64,000 bases of DNA from Leptogorgia sarmentosa. Its lineage: Eukaryota. Both the position numbers and the translations under genes were made by a program. Below, one piece after another: positions 27,201 to 39,119 of the stretch (positions are counted from its first letter, which is position 1; every line of letters starts with the position of its first letter). The notes under the pieces are model-generated. The model was not told the DNA's origin, did no database searches, and was given only the letters and a program-made list of their open reading frames with translations. Location: assembly GCA_964658305.1 (NCBI GenBank), contig OZ210885.1, forward strand, positions 14,942,001 to 15,006,000, read 5' to 3'.

Positions 27201-28387
27201 TGCTTTTAGGTTTCCCAGATCCTCATCATTTTCCATCAAATATTCCATAGTTTCGTCCTTCGATAGTTCAAGTCGCTTTACGATCTCTCCAAGTTTCTCA
27301 TATGCCATGGCCATATCATCTGGATTGCTAGTGTCCATTAGGTCTTCAGGCTCTGACAGGTTTATTTTTGCCAGTGATACGGTTTTCTCATGTTTGTCCT
27401 TAGTCGCCATATTGTCTTTATGGTAATAGCCCTCAGTTCAGTCAGAAATTGCTGGTTCTGTCGCGCTTCACCTTGATTGTACCTCACTAGCCGTGTTCCA
27501 ATGTTTAAAATCCAACAGTGTACAATATTGTCAATCTCCCCTATCACGATACGTCACGTAAGCCAATCGTCCTGTCCCCAAATACTGTTACTATATGCTA
27601 CGCAAATAACCCGAAATACTGCAAATGGACGACGTTTCCCCCAATAAATTAGCAAGGTTTATTCACACCATGCTTTCCTTGCGTTGTTAAAGTTTTCCAC
27701 GACCATCACCAGCTTTAGCCGGTCGAAAGAGCTGTAAATACCTGTAAGTCCTGTAATGTACTCACACCACCATGTGAAATCTCCACAACGAATCCCTCGC
27801 AATCCGCACGGAAATATTTCTCAAAGACAGTTAAAATTTGCTTGTACAGTGTCTGTAAAGTATCCTGCCGGGGTCGCCACCTTCAGTGTGGGAAACTCCG
27901 CTCTGTAACACTGAGAATTTCACATTTTCATATTTATTACCCGATTTAAAAGAAAAATACTATTACAACAAAATATGAACAAAAACGTCACTCGTGTCCA
28001 GTTCTCCTGTATGCGCGTCCATGACGTAACATAAAACAGTTTTCTACAGAACTAAACCATATACAGGCATACAAAAGTAAATTTAACGTTGGCGTGATAC
28101 TGTGAATAAACTGGATATTTTATTACGACGCAGAAGTATCAGTACGAGTACGATGTGTATGTAATTTAAGACGGTCAGAGGTCAGAGATTTATCTGATTT
28201 GCTTTTAACACGCACACTTGTGCGACTGCCAGTTGCTTTCCGATAATAAAATAGTGATTATTTTCCAAATATGATTTTAATGTCTTCTTGGCCTGTTTCA
28301 AACATGGAATTTTGGTCGCATCGATGCGACCAAAATTCGACGTATGAAACGGGCCTTAGAAACTTTGCACTATCCTTGGATCCCTAG
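21234..28387 (+). mobile_element. Non-autonomous Helentron-like element (HINE) copy A, split by a BEL/Pao insertion
   Basis: 5' TAGTGCAAAGT with adjacent hairpin; 3' ACTTTGCACTA-TCCTTGGATCC-CTAG; flanked by T runs with no TSD; homologous to copies B and C. Confidence 0.8.
21964..28048 (-). mobile_element. BEL/Pao LTR retrotransposon (full length, frameshifted)
   Basis: LTRs 21964-22113 and 27887-28048 (TG...CA), PBS-like TGGCGACC, PPT GGGGGGAGGG, TSD GAAC(T). Gag with CCHC fingers, protease DTGA, RT YVDD, RH FSDAS..KSRVAP..IPRLEL, IN GVDFAGP, DUF5641-like tail. Confidence 0.95.
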
Positions 28388-28454
28388 TTTGGTTACTTCG
28401 TCCGTTCGCCGTTGATTTTACGTTGGGCACCTATTAGTAAGGGTTCGATTTACT

Positions 28455-28670
28455 AAATGACTAGCAATTTTTTAATTAGCAGTATTATTCCTAAAACTAG
28501 CAATAATGTTCTTAAATTAAGAAGTTTAGTCTTGATAAGAATTCTCGACTGGCAAAAAATTCTTATTAAAAATTCTTGCCAAGTCTAAATGTACTTGATA
28601 AGAATTCTTAATTAGAAATATTTGCTTGATATTTTCTTAGCAAGACATATTTACTTGCTATTCTGACCAG
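28455..28670. repeat. Second copy of the EnSpm-type subterminal/terminal sequence
   Basis: AAAACTAGCAATAA..TTAAATTAAGAA..TAAGAATTCTCG..CTTGCTATTCTGAC is shared with 20810-21015. Confidence 0.55.
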
Positions 28671-29249
28671 CAAAAAAGCATTGTTCATTAAAAAGCACTA
28701 CAGTTCTGTTTCGAGAGTTACTAGGTCCTCTCTCTTCAGGTGCATATTTAGACTGAAATATCCATTTAAATACCGTAGTTCATAGTGTCGTGAAGTCTAA
28801 CCGTTTGTAATTAAAAATTTTTTTGCATGCTGGCATGCACTAGCTAGTTCATTTCGTTTGTTCAGCGTACAAACGTCCGGTTTACAGATAATGAAATATT
28901 TTTCATTATACATAAATTGCATTTTTTTCCCAATATTTGAATACGAATTAGCACGAGCCATAATTTTCCAATCCACAGAGTATTCAATGTTATTGTCCTT
29001 TAGAGACCAAATGTGCTTGCTTAGTTCTGTTGAGTTTCTCTTGTTGCTGTCGCAGAATTAGGCCGTTTGCTATGGCATGAAAATATGACTAGAAAATTAT
29101 TTTCATTAAGCATGTCGTGGAACTAAACAAATTCAACAGATCCTACCTTTTTCGAACATGTCTAGTCCAAATCTAAAAAGTTCCCGCTGTTTCGACCTGC
29201 AGTTTTTTCATAAAATCCATTCATTTTCACACTCCTTCGACAACCATAA

Positions 29250-30551
29250 CTAGGGATCCAAGGATAGTGCAAAGTTTCTAAGGCCTGGGTCAAACATCGA
29301 ACTTTTCATGCGCCGAACCTAATGCAAATGAGCTCAAAGCAACTGGCAATCGCAGCAGCACGCGTGTTAAAAGCAAATCAGATAAATCTCTGACCTCTGA
29401 CCTTATTAAAATTATATACACAAATACACAATACACATTACACATCGGACTGAACAAATGATCTTGTTAAATGAGCTAAATCATAAAGTGGCACGCTACT
29501 TCTGCGTCTTAATAAAATATCCAGTTTATTCACAGTATCAGGCCAACGTTAAATTTACTTTTGTATGCCTATATGTGGTTTAGTTCTTTTAGTATCGAAA
29601 ATTCAGTAAATCCCCGGTATGTCGGGTAAATAAACAGCGCAAGCTTAGTGATGCCGTCGACCAGTGTTGTCGAGTCATATCGTCGCATTACAAAGCAACA
29701 AGGAGCAACTGGCTGAGTTTAATTGTAGTAAATTATTCTTTTGCATCAGGAGTACATTAGTAAATGAATGGCAATACCGCGAGGCGACGAAGAGTCGAAG
29801 ACAGCGAAAACAAACACGAAAGCTATATTGCGAAAGCTCGCAAATATGTTGCCTATTATCAACCGATTTGAAATTATGGCTATGTTGTTGTGACGAGTTC
29901 TACTGTGTTACACATCTTAGTTTGCCCGCTATTTACGAATTGCGATGGCAATGCAGCCAACTAAATTTTTAATATAAATACGCACGGCGGCTGTTATCAG
30001 CATTGAGTAGCTATTGTCCATGACAAATACAAGTTCTCTACTGATAATGATAATAAATTCAAATCTCTAGATTCATTGCTGATATATAAAGAACATTTTA
30101 ACTGCTTTATCAACGTATTCAGACATGTTGGCCACATTATATTATCATCATGGTGAATTTCTGATTCACGGTCCCACTCTTAGCGTCTGCCATATTGTGT
30201 AATTTGACTAATTTCATTCCCCAGAAGTGCTGAGTTGCAATTTTTGCAAAAACTGAAATTCCGGAGGGGCTCCGCCATTGTGTACTGTATTTCTGCGCTT
30301 CTTTGATCACATTTCACATCTAACAAACTTTCATATCAATGAGAACAACTGCAAATAATGATGAGCAATGATATATAACTGCAATCGAATCATTTTTGTT
30401 CAAACATTTCAAGGATATGAGTCAACTACGGAGTTTAGCACATCAGGAGAATTTGGAACGCACCCCCCGGAGTTTACACTATGACTCGATGACTGATGTG
30501 AATCTTCCCCCCTCATCACAATATTGCAAAGTTTCTTTGAACTTTGCACTA
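29250..30551 (-). mobile_element. HINE copy B inserted in the left Academ TIR
   Basis: CTAGGGATCCAAGGATAGTGCAAAGT...ACTTTGCACTA. Removing it restores CAACCATAA|AAACAATCAGG, which matches the right TIR. No TSD, TT target. Confidence 0.85.
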
Positions 30552-31499
30552 AAAACAATCAGGCGCCATTTTGAAATTTTCCCGCGGAAACTGCCATCGC
30601 TCAGAATGATGATAATTTTGCCCCAGTCTTTCGAAAACACGGTTAAATGTTTGTTTAGCCGATGGAATATATTAAATTTAAACATCGAGTCATTCCATGC
30701 CATTCAATCAAGATCTGTTGAACCTGTATATTAAGTTAAAATTGATATTTGTTCAACTTTTTTCAGCGTGTTCAACCAACCGAAAACAATATCTTGAGTA
30801 GCAGCTTATTATTACTTATTCGCTTTCAGTATCGCTATCTTCATCTGTGCTGTATTCATCGCACGAGTTGTACATATCTAAGTCGCTATCTGCTCCATTC
30901 TCCTCATTTTCATTAACTCTGTCTACATGATTTTGCCAACACACTGACAAAGATCCGAACACTTCAGCGACGCCTTGACGCACGAACACCTTTTGTTTTC
31001 ACAGCCTGATTTGCACTTGCAGTTAACAAATTCCAGCACTGATTCCGGGGCTGCAGGAATGGTCATCCAATCTATTGCAACGCTGCCTTCACCTTCTCTT
31101 TTCCAACCGTGGTTATAGAGAGATGGTACATTTAATACTGGTTGAATTGCATGTCGCCATATATAACATTGATAGTTCGCTCGCCAAGCGTGCTGGTTCA
31201 GAGAATCCTGATTTGGTGGCAACAGCTCTTCCTCGTACTTCCCGCCTTTAAATAATTAATATCCGAACTTTCTTGGAAACCGTACAAGTGACACACATAA
31301 CTTGTCAAGCCATCTCTTAGTTCATTTGATAGTTCAATTTCTCTTCCTATCTGGGCAAAGGTATACGAGTACTCCGACTTTGACATTGCAATCTTAAATG
31401 CTGTGACTTTGCCTTTACCATAAAATGCGCTGGTGGTATCACAACCTTCGAAAATAATATACACGAAAAATTATGTGGAGAAATTGTTCAAACCTACTA

Positions 31500-31945
31500 C
31501 GGATAATATCGTTTATTATGCATTACTGATGGAATCTCGATTGTGATTGGTTAAGGCCTACAGACAATTCTCCATGTCTTGCCACCTACAATGACATGGA
31601 GAATTATCTGTAGGTAAACAAACAAAATGGTGGTGGGAAAATCATGCACGAGTGAACGAAGCAACTTCATATATTCATAGCAGTTTCTGTTTTATTTTCA
31701 TATCGAAACATTGTTATTGTATCGTAAACCAATATATTTTCTTCGTTTTAACTATGGTTTGCTGCACACGAGTAGACAAAGTAGTTGAAGCTTGCGTAGT
31801 CGTCTTGGCAGTTTTGCTGATAAATGTATTTTCAATGCACAATTCGGTTTTCGCATGATATTGAGAATTATGAAGTCTCAGTTTGCGTTATGCGCCTCAG
31901 CTTCGCTTCGGCAGATAACGCAAACTTCGGCTTGATAATTCACTC
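31500..31945. repeat. Hairpin-rich repeat inside an Academ intron
   Basis: Palindromes CCTACAGACAATTCTCCATGTC...GACATGGAGAATTATCTGTAGG (~31557-31614) and AATTATGAAG..AGTTTGCGTTAT..GCTTCGC..ATAACGCAAACT..CTTGATAATT (~31866-31941). Confidence 0.5.
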
Positions 31946-34327
31946 GATAAGGACTCACCCGTAAATGCATGAAGACCTAAGAATGAGCTGCACCACTGGT
32001 CTCCAAAATGTTGCCTGAAGCGGCTTATTGAAACGGTATGTCTTCCTTTACCCACTCCAGTCTCGAAGAACAAATCTGCATCAATGTCCGTACTGGCGTT
32101 AAGTGCAATAAAAAACACATCAGTATCGGGACTCTGGATTATGATGGTGGAATACAATTGTGAAGCGTGCTTTGCATGAGCCACCATACGTGTATCAGCT
32201 TCTTCATGGTCAGAACAAAGCTGTGGGACTTCACTACACGACAACAGTCCGTTCGATTGGTAGAATCTGTAACACTTCGCTTCATGCGTGAGAAATACGT
32301 TGACGCCTCGAAGTGTCCCCACATCTGCTTTTCTCCAGGAGTTGAAAAGAAATTTCGAGAATTCTTCTTTATTCTCACCAGATGAAAGGAATTTCTTCCA
32401 CTGGCGTGGTACTTTCTGATGATCACTATATATTCTAATCAACTGGATGCCATTTACTGCTCGTCTATCCCTCTCCAGGTTTTTAATACTTTTGCGCGGA
32501 TATCTATCACACACAAAGTCTACACGTTTGCAGTTAAGAAACCTGAGCGACCACGCTAAAAAATTGTACAGCTTCACCGGAACTGATTCTCGTGCTAACG
32601 CTGTTGTGAGGTCGTGTGAGTCTGGTGGCCACTTTGAAGTGATACCTTTACTTTCACCTAAGAGCTTTCTTACTTCTAATGCAGCAAAGTACAAATTTCT
32701 AGTCACCGAGGCTTCGTCTTCGAAAACATTCACATTACTCTTGTTGAGACCGTCATCATCATCATTGACATCATCGTCATCACTCTCGTCTTCCGATTGA
32801 CTTTCCACAGCAAGCATGTCTTGATGGATATCTGCAACATCGCCAGCTGTCATGCTATCTGCGTAAACCAGAGTTCCCAGTGTCATGGTCTTAGAAGGTT
32901 GAAAAACAAGCTGAGGGTAGCGGTCTTGAATTCTTTTCTTTAGTCTAGTGGCTTGATATGGCACGTCAATACTTTCAATATCTTTAACACAGATTATAAA
33001 CTTCTTCAATAAGTAGCTTAATAGCAGCACTTCGTTATTCTTGATTATTCGTTTTTCGATGATTTCAACGCAAAATTTGTCGAATGCCCTATCGTACAAT
33101 GTTGGACCAGTGACTTTTGGTTTCCGTGAAAGAAATTTGGTATATGCGAGATAGCAGCTTCTATGATATCTTGCTTCAATGGCGACGCAATCTCTTTCAC
33201 GGATATGGACCAGGATACGTTCATCATTTCTTTGCATTGCTGCCCTTTCAAGGATTCCAGCGTTTAAGGTGTGCGCAAGAGACAAATGTTGTTTAACACG
33301 TTTCTTTGATACCTACACATAGGAATTAATGATAATGATTAAAGCCGCCATTCCCTAACGGTTACTTTTTATGACAAGCCGTCGAAAAAATCGTTGTAGA
33401 GAAAAATACTTAGACTTAGACTTATGATAGGAAAATAAAATACTGGCAATAAAAAATATGTCTACACTATAGACAGGAAATCATTAATACACTACCCTAT
33501 CAGTGATATAGATATGCCCAGGTTGTTTACAAATCAAACAAATCTCAGGTAGGAGATTGGAAGATCTCGAAGACGAAGCCGAAGGTTGAGCGGTCAAATT
33601 TGCGAGCGATCGATGTGTAGTTGTTCTTATCACTTTTGCAGGTATTACGCTTGGAATATTCCCCTCAACATCACTTTCTTCCTCAGCAACACGCTTTTTC
33701 CCAGAATTAGCTAGAGTTATTTTAGCTCTTTCAAGTTTGCTAATGTCCGTGAAAGTCCGGTAACAGGCCAAGTGGTAGCCACAAGTATTTTCCAAGCTGC
33801 TTGCATCACTGATTCCATCGATAAATTCCAATGATTTTTTGGCGACATCCGTGAACGATTGGTAGCATGATGGAAGGCTTAACCACTCTCTTGTACTAAG
33901 TATTTTTGCCAAAGTAGTTTCAGTAAATTTTTTAATTTCACCTTTTTTGCCTTCAAAATGAATCGCGCAAAAAGAATGGTTGGAGGTGGACATTTTTTAC
34001 ATTTTTTTGCAATTTCAATTAATTTAGCATATTCCATCGGCTAAACGGACATTTAACCGTGTTTTCGAAAGACTGGAGGAAAATTATCATCATTCTGAGC
34101 GATGGCAGTTTCTGCGGGAAAATTTCAAAATGGCGCCTGATTGTTTTTATGGTTGTCGAAGGAGTGTGAAAATGAATGGATTTTATGAAAAAACTGCAAG
34201 TCGAAACAGCTGGAACTTTTTAGATTTGGACTAGACATGTTCGAAAAAGGTAGGATCTGTTGAATTTGTTTAGTTCCACGACATGCTTAATGAAAGTGAA
34301 TGTTTTCGTGTTATAGCAAACGGCCTA

Positions 34328-36590
34328 TTCATCCTTCAATCCCTCATCCTTGATGCCAACCGTCATGACAAAAACATCTACCTCTCATGGCTGGATCTCC
34401 GAAACGCATTCGGTAGTGTGCCCCATAACGTGATCTCTACAACGCTATCCCATCTTGGCGTCCCTCAATCTGTGGTGCAACCAATCAATAACATATACAC
34501 CAATGCATCTACCGAAGTCCGTACTCCATCTGGTAATACCTCCTCGATTCCCATACTGTCAGGCGTAAAACAGGGATGTCCCCTATCCCCGATCCTTTTT
34601 AACCTATCTATCGAACTCATCGTAAGGACCATCAACGCCAAAGCTCAATCCATTGGCGCAGCGAAGCACTTTGGATCAGAAATCTCCGTTCTGGCATACG
34701 CTGATGACCTTGTGATCATCTCCCGCAATGCGGACAAGCTACAAAAACTGCTTGATGCTGCCAGTCAAAGTGCCTCCTTACTCGGTCTAGAATTTCGACC
34801 TGACAAATGTGCGTCTATTTCCCTAACATATGGCAAGAAGTTCAAGGATAACATCCAATTACGTGACTATATCGTCCAAGACAAAGGTATCCCTCCACTC
34901 AAAGCTCACGATCATTACCGATACCTAGGAGTCCCCATTGGAATGATAAAAGATGTCTCGTCAATACAACAACTGGCTGATGACCTTTGCGTAGACTTGG
35001 ATCGTATCGCCAACTCCCTCCTTGCACCTTGGCAGAAGTTAGACATGATTCGCACCTTTGTTCAACCCTGCCTTACCTATGCCCTTCGCGCAGGCGAACC
35101 CCTCAAAGCTTCCCTTACCAACTACCGGAAAAAACTAATTGAAGTCATCCGTAACATTTGTAACCTCCCACTCCGTGCAACATCTCACATCATATTTGCC
35201 CCCATTAAAGTAGGTGGCCTCGGTTTCCAAGACCCGACAGGCGAAGTGGACGTCCAAACCATCACACAAGCAATTAAAATGCTATCTTCTTCAGATCCCT
35301 TCGTCTCCTCCGTTGCCATCGGAGAACTACGCAAGGCCGTTCGATTCGCTGGCCGTGCTGATCCATCTCCAGCCCTCATCTGTGACTTCATGTCCGGTTT
35401 AACTCGCGGGAACTTCCATTGTGACCGAATACGGTATAGAACACACTCCCTTTGGACAAGAGCTCGATGCGCATGCCGACGACTCAATATCACCTTTGTC
35501 GTCCCCGATAACAAGGCGCCTGCCATTTACACCAACTCTAAAGGCCCTTGCCTAGCAAAATCCGCGTCTTCCTTCCTCCACCACCATGTGCAAGATCGTG
35601 CTGCTCAAAAACTCATGGATTACCCTGATCAAGGAAAAGTGGCAAGAGCCCTGGTTAAAGACTCCTTTGGTAACGGTTCCGCCTTTGTATACACCGGCCT
35701 CAACATCTGATTCCGTGATTGGCGATTCATTCACCGCGCAAGATTGAACGTCGTTCCCACTAATCAAAATAAAGCCAAGTGGTGCGATGTTCCTTCCAAT
35801 TGCCGCAAATACAATGTCGCTGATGAAACCCTTCCTCATATCCTAAACCACTGTAAGCCCAACATGACCAAAATCTGAGACCGTCATAACCCTATCGTCA
35901 CCAGACTATCCAATGCTATAAAATCTGGCGTTGTGCGCATTGACCAACAAGTCCCTGGTATCACCAATGAATGGCGCCCAGACATTGTAATCAAAGACCG
36001 TTCGAAAATGGTGAAAATGCCTTGGCTGAAGCTGATTACAATAAAGTGATCAAATACAAGCACGTTAAGCGTCATTATCAATCCATTGCAAAACGATGCT
36101 CTGTCCATGGCTTCGTCATTGGCTCCCTAGGCACCTGGCATCCCAATAATGAAGCGGTTCTATCCAAGCTCCAGATGTCAAAATCATACAAGTCTCTGTT
36201 CCGCAAACTGTGCTGCACTGATGTCATTAAAGGCTCTGCAGACATTTACTATAGTCATATCGTAGTTTAGTTACAAACTATTGATGTACAGTAAAAAACT
36301 TTTCTTGTTGTCTTTATTATTGTGCTGGTATTTCAAACCATTATAGTAACTTCATACGTTAGTTGGTAACCTATCCAATTTAATACAAACGAACACTACT
36401 TATTATTATTCAAACAGTTCCCTGAAAGATCAATCTCTGAACTACATATAAACGTCTCATAGGTTAAATGGGATAATTCATTAATTATTCACATAATTAG
36501 CATAATTATCACTATGTTAATAGATTCTTGCTAGTAATTATGACCAATCCTGTAAATATCTAGTTGATTTTCTGAAATAAATTGTGTATC
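34328..36590 (+). mobile_element. Utopia-like (NeSL-clade, RLE) non-LTR retrotransposon, 5'-truncated, inserted in U2 snRNA
   Basis: RT WLDLRNAFGSVPH, GVKQGCPLSP, AYADD, YRYLG, LAPWQKL, GGLG; knuckle CRK...ETLPHILNHC, RHN, RPDIV; 3' UTR abuts U2 nt 38 (ATCTGTTCTTATCAG). Confidence 0.88.
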
Positions 36591-36745
36591 ATCTGTTCTT
36601 ATCAGCTTAATATCTGATATGTTAGGCAATGTCCTAACTCATATATTAAACTGATTTTTGGACCACGGCCATGGGATTGAAGCTTGCTTCGCCCTGGCCA
36701 CGGGTTGTCTCGGTATTGCACTACCTCCGAGTACGGCCCACTTCC
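36591..36745 (+). ncRNA. U2: U2 snRNA, 3' portion (nt ~38 to end; disrupted copy)
   Basis: ATCTGTTCTTATCAGCTTAATATCTGATA (stem IIa), Sm site ATTTTTGG, GCTTGC loop III, TATTGCACT loop IV. Confidence 0.93.
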
Positions 36746-37180
36746 CCCAATTTCATTATTGGGGGAAGATTTCTCACTCACTATCAGTTCAAAACTCTGA
36801 CAAACAAATTATTCTTGCCTTTACAGATTGATCATCGCGATCCGGCATTTGGCAGGAGATACGTATATATGACGCATTCATTGCGGATGGATGACCGACC
36901 ACGAATTATACTTGCATGGTAAGCAGCCTAATACATTCATGTTATAATAGTCTTGGGTGGCTCGTTGGCCAACAAAGCAGCACTGCTGTTTGATGAGATT
37001 TACATTCTTTGATTTTTTTGTAAATTCGTATTGAATATGCGGGTCGAGAATTGTCGGAACGTGCAAACACGGTGCAGTCCGAATCTATCGACAGACGACA
37101 AACTCATCCCCATTCATTTGTTCCACAAGCATTCCTCGCGGTTGCAGCGTATAAAAGGTAATCGTATGCGCCATGAAGTC

Positions 37181-37344
37181 ATACTTACCTGACGCAAGAG
37201 GCACCTTGATCAACTAGGAGGTCCTCTCAGGATGAGGCCCTTTCATTGCACTTCGACTGGGTTGACTCCTGCGATTACCCCTAATGTGGGTAACTCGAGC
37301 GTATAATTTCTGGTAGTGGGGACCTGCGTTCGTGCTTGTGCCCT
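37181..37344 (+). ncRNA. U1: U1 snRNA (apparently full length)
   Basis: 5' ATACTTACCTG, loop I GATCA, loop II ATTGCACT, Sm site AATTTCTGG, terminal stem-loop with TTCG. Confidence 0.93.
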
Positions 37345-38038
37345 TTATCCTCATCTTATAATTCTCATTTCCCATACTCAAAACTCATATTATAAGTGTA
37401 GTCGGCTCGGCATCCTAGTTTATTGAAGGGACAACAATTCTATGTGTTCTTCACATTGCAGGCCGTGTGCTTCACGAACATGTGTAACTCGATACTACAT
37501 CGCGGTCATTTGAAACTAATATGTAACCATGCAATCAATATTGAATTACTCACACCTTGTTATGTATGCACGTCACATGTAATGAATGAATGAGTCAATC
37601 GATACACGCTCTGCCAACCGATCATGCATTTTATACTAGACTTATGTTAAACAACCATTTCCAATTCAAATGCACTCGTCATTTCTCCAACCGAAGCGCA
37701 ACCGGAAACGCTTCGTTCAACTCAATGCATGTCGCTCATTTGCCATTCCCGAATCGGTCGCGGAGCCAGCGAATGGGAGAAAGCGCCACGTGCGCCCGCC
37801 AAAAAATCACCAGACATTCGTGGACAAGCACGCGAGAAGTTTCGCGGGTGCACCCGAATTAATTAGCAGCGCACAAACGATTGATTGTACGCGTCATCAT
37901 CACCGTGTGCCATGACGTTTGCAGCTCGTTTTGCTTGAGATTTCGCGGCCGCGGCTGCTGATGGCTGCGCGAAGGAGGACCGCATTTTTTCACCCTGCTT
38001 TTCTCGCTTAAAAGATGGCGTGGAACGGCGAAGAAGGC

Positions 38039-38064
38039 ATCGCTTCTCGGCCTTTTGGCTAAGA
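38039..38064 (+). ncRNA. U2: U2 snRNA 5' fragment (nt 1-26)
   Basis: ATCGCTTCTCGGCCTTTTGGCTAAGA, identical to the conserved metazoan U2 5' end. Confidence 0.9.
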
Positions 38065-38109
38065 AATCCTACTGTTCTTGGTCCTGCTCTGGCAAGATTC
38101 AATTGGTGG

Positions 38110-38440
38110 CAATCAATCCTGGTGTCCCGTGGTAGTCACATGGTCCTGCTCTGGCTTTCCTGGTTCCTTGCTGTCCGTCTCGTGTGTCCTCGTTCTGTGG
38201 TTCCTGTCTGTGGTGCCCTCGTTCCCTGGTGTCCTCGATCCGTGGTATCCTTGGTCCGTGGTGTCCTCAGTCCGTGGTGTCCGCTGTCCGTGGTTGTCCG
38301 CAGTCCTTGGTGTCCTCGTTCCGTGGTGTCCGCTGTCCGTGGTGTCCGCAGTCCTTGGAGTCCTCGTTCTGTGTTGTCCTTGTGCTGTCCTTGTTCCGTG
38401 GTGTCCTCGTTCTGTGGTGTCCATCCGTGTCAAGCCCTTG
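38110..38440. repeat. GT-rich degenerate minisatellite (GTGTCCTCGTTCCGTG-like) in the Tx1 5' UTR
   Basis: Many imperfect tandem units of (g)gtgtcc(tcg/gc)...tccgtg. Confidence 0.8.
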
Positions 38441-39119
38441 TTTTTTCGTGGTCGTGCCTGTTTGAGGGACCCTCTAGGGGGTAACTCTAAGGCGGAGGTC
38501 TTTTTCTTCTCATTGTTGATTGCATCTGGTCAGGTGGAGGTGCTTGGCTGAAACCTGACACTCCTTTCTTTGCCTTATCCTCGGGGGTTGGAGACCCTCA
38601 GTTGTTTTCTCTTTAAATTTTGTTTTTGTTTCGAGGCAGGTGGTCCTCCTTTAGGACTAATATTTTTGTTTCGAGGCTTTTGGTCCTCGTCTAGGGATTA
38701 TATTTATTTTTTTTTTTTTTTCTTTAGAGGCTTTTGGTCCTCGTTCAAAGTTGGTTTTTTGTTTCTAGGTTTATTAAATTAGGTTCACTCGAAGCTTTGG
38801 GTCTTCGTGGAACCAATCAGATTATTTATTTTGTTGCGAGCCTGGTTGTCCTCGTTTAGGAATTATTGTTAATTACTAATAGGTTTTTGTTTTTTGTCAT
38901 CATTAATCATTAGATTAATTGAAAGGTTAAGGTATTATTTCATTACTTTAGTGTGTTAAATTTCCCGAGTTTTGGTGAGACAACAGTTCTCATCCTTTTC
39001 CACATTACAAGTGTCATAATAAAATTCTAAATTAGTTTAAAAACAAATAGCGTGCATGAGGCCCACTTCTCAAAGGCCTTTTGAGTAAAATAAATTATAT
39101 ATATCTACCGGGTATTAAA

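Larger units (their letters stand above)
29059..34327 (-). mobile_element. AcademX DNA transposon, internally deleted, intron-containing
   Basis: Termini TAGGCCGTTTGCTA...TAGCAAACGGCCTA; ~310-bp TIRs (left one split by HINE B). ORFs carry DCVAIEARYHRSCY, HEEADTR, DTDV, GCDT..GKGK, PPN..L..H..RANYQ and CKCK..C..RCSC motifs. Confidence 0.9.

Noticed and set aside
34283..34327. ATG start for the 475-aa RT ORF
   Set aside because: The first 15 codons lie in the Academ TIR, so the fusion is fortuitous.
37985..38015. PSE-like TCACCCTG...AAAAG upstream of U2
   Set aside because: No equivalent at the same offset upstream of U1; cannot be supported by eye.
38020..38551. Cys/Val/Pro-rich ORFs on both strands
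   Set aside because: Translation artefacts of the GT-rich minisatellite in the LINE 5' UTR.
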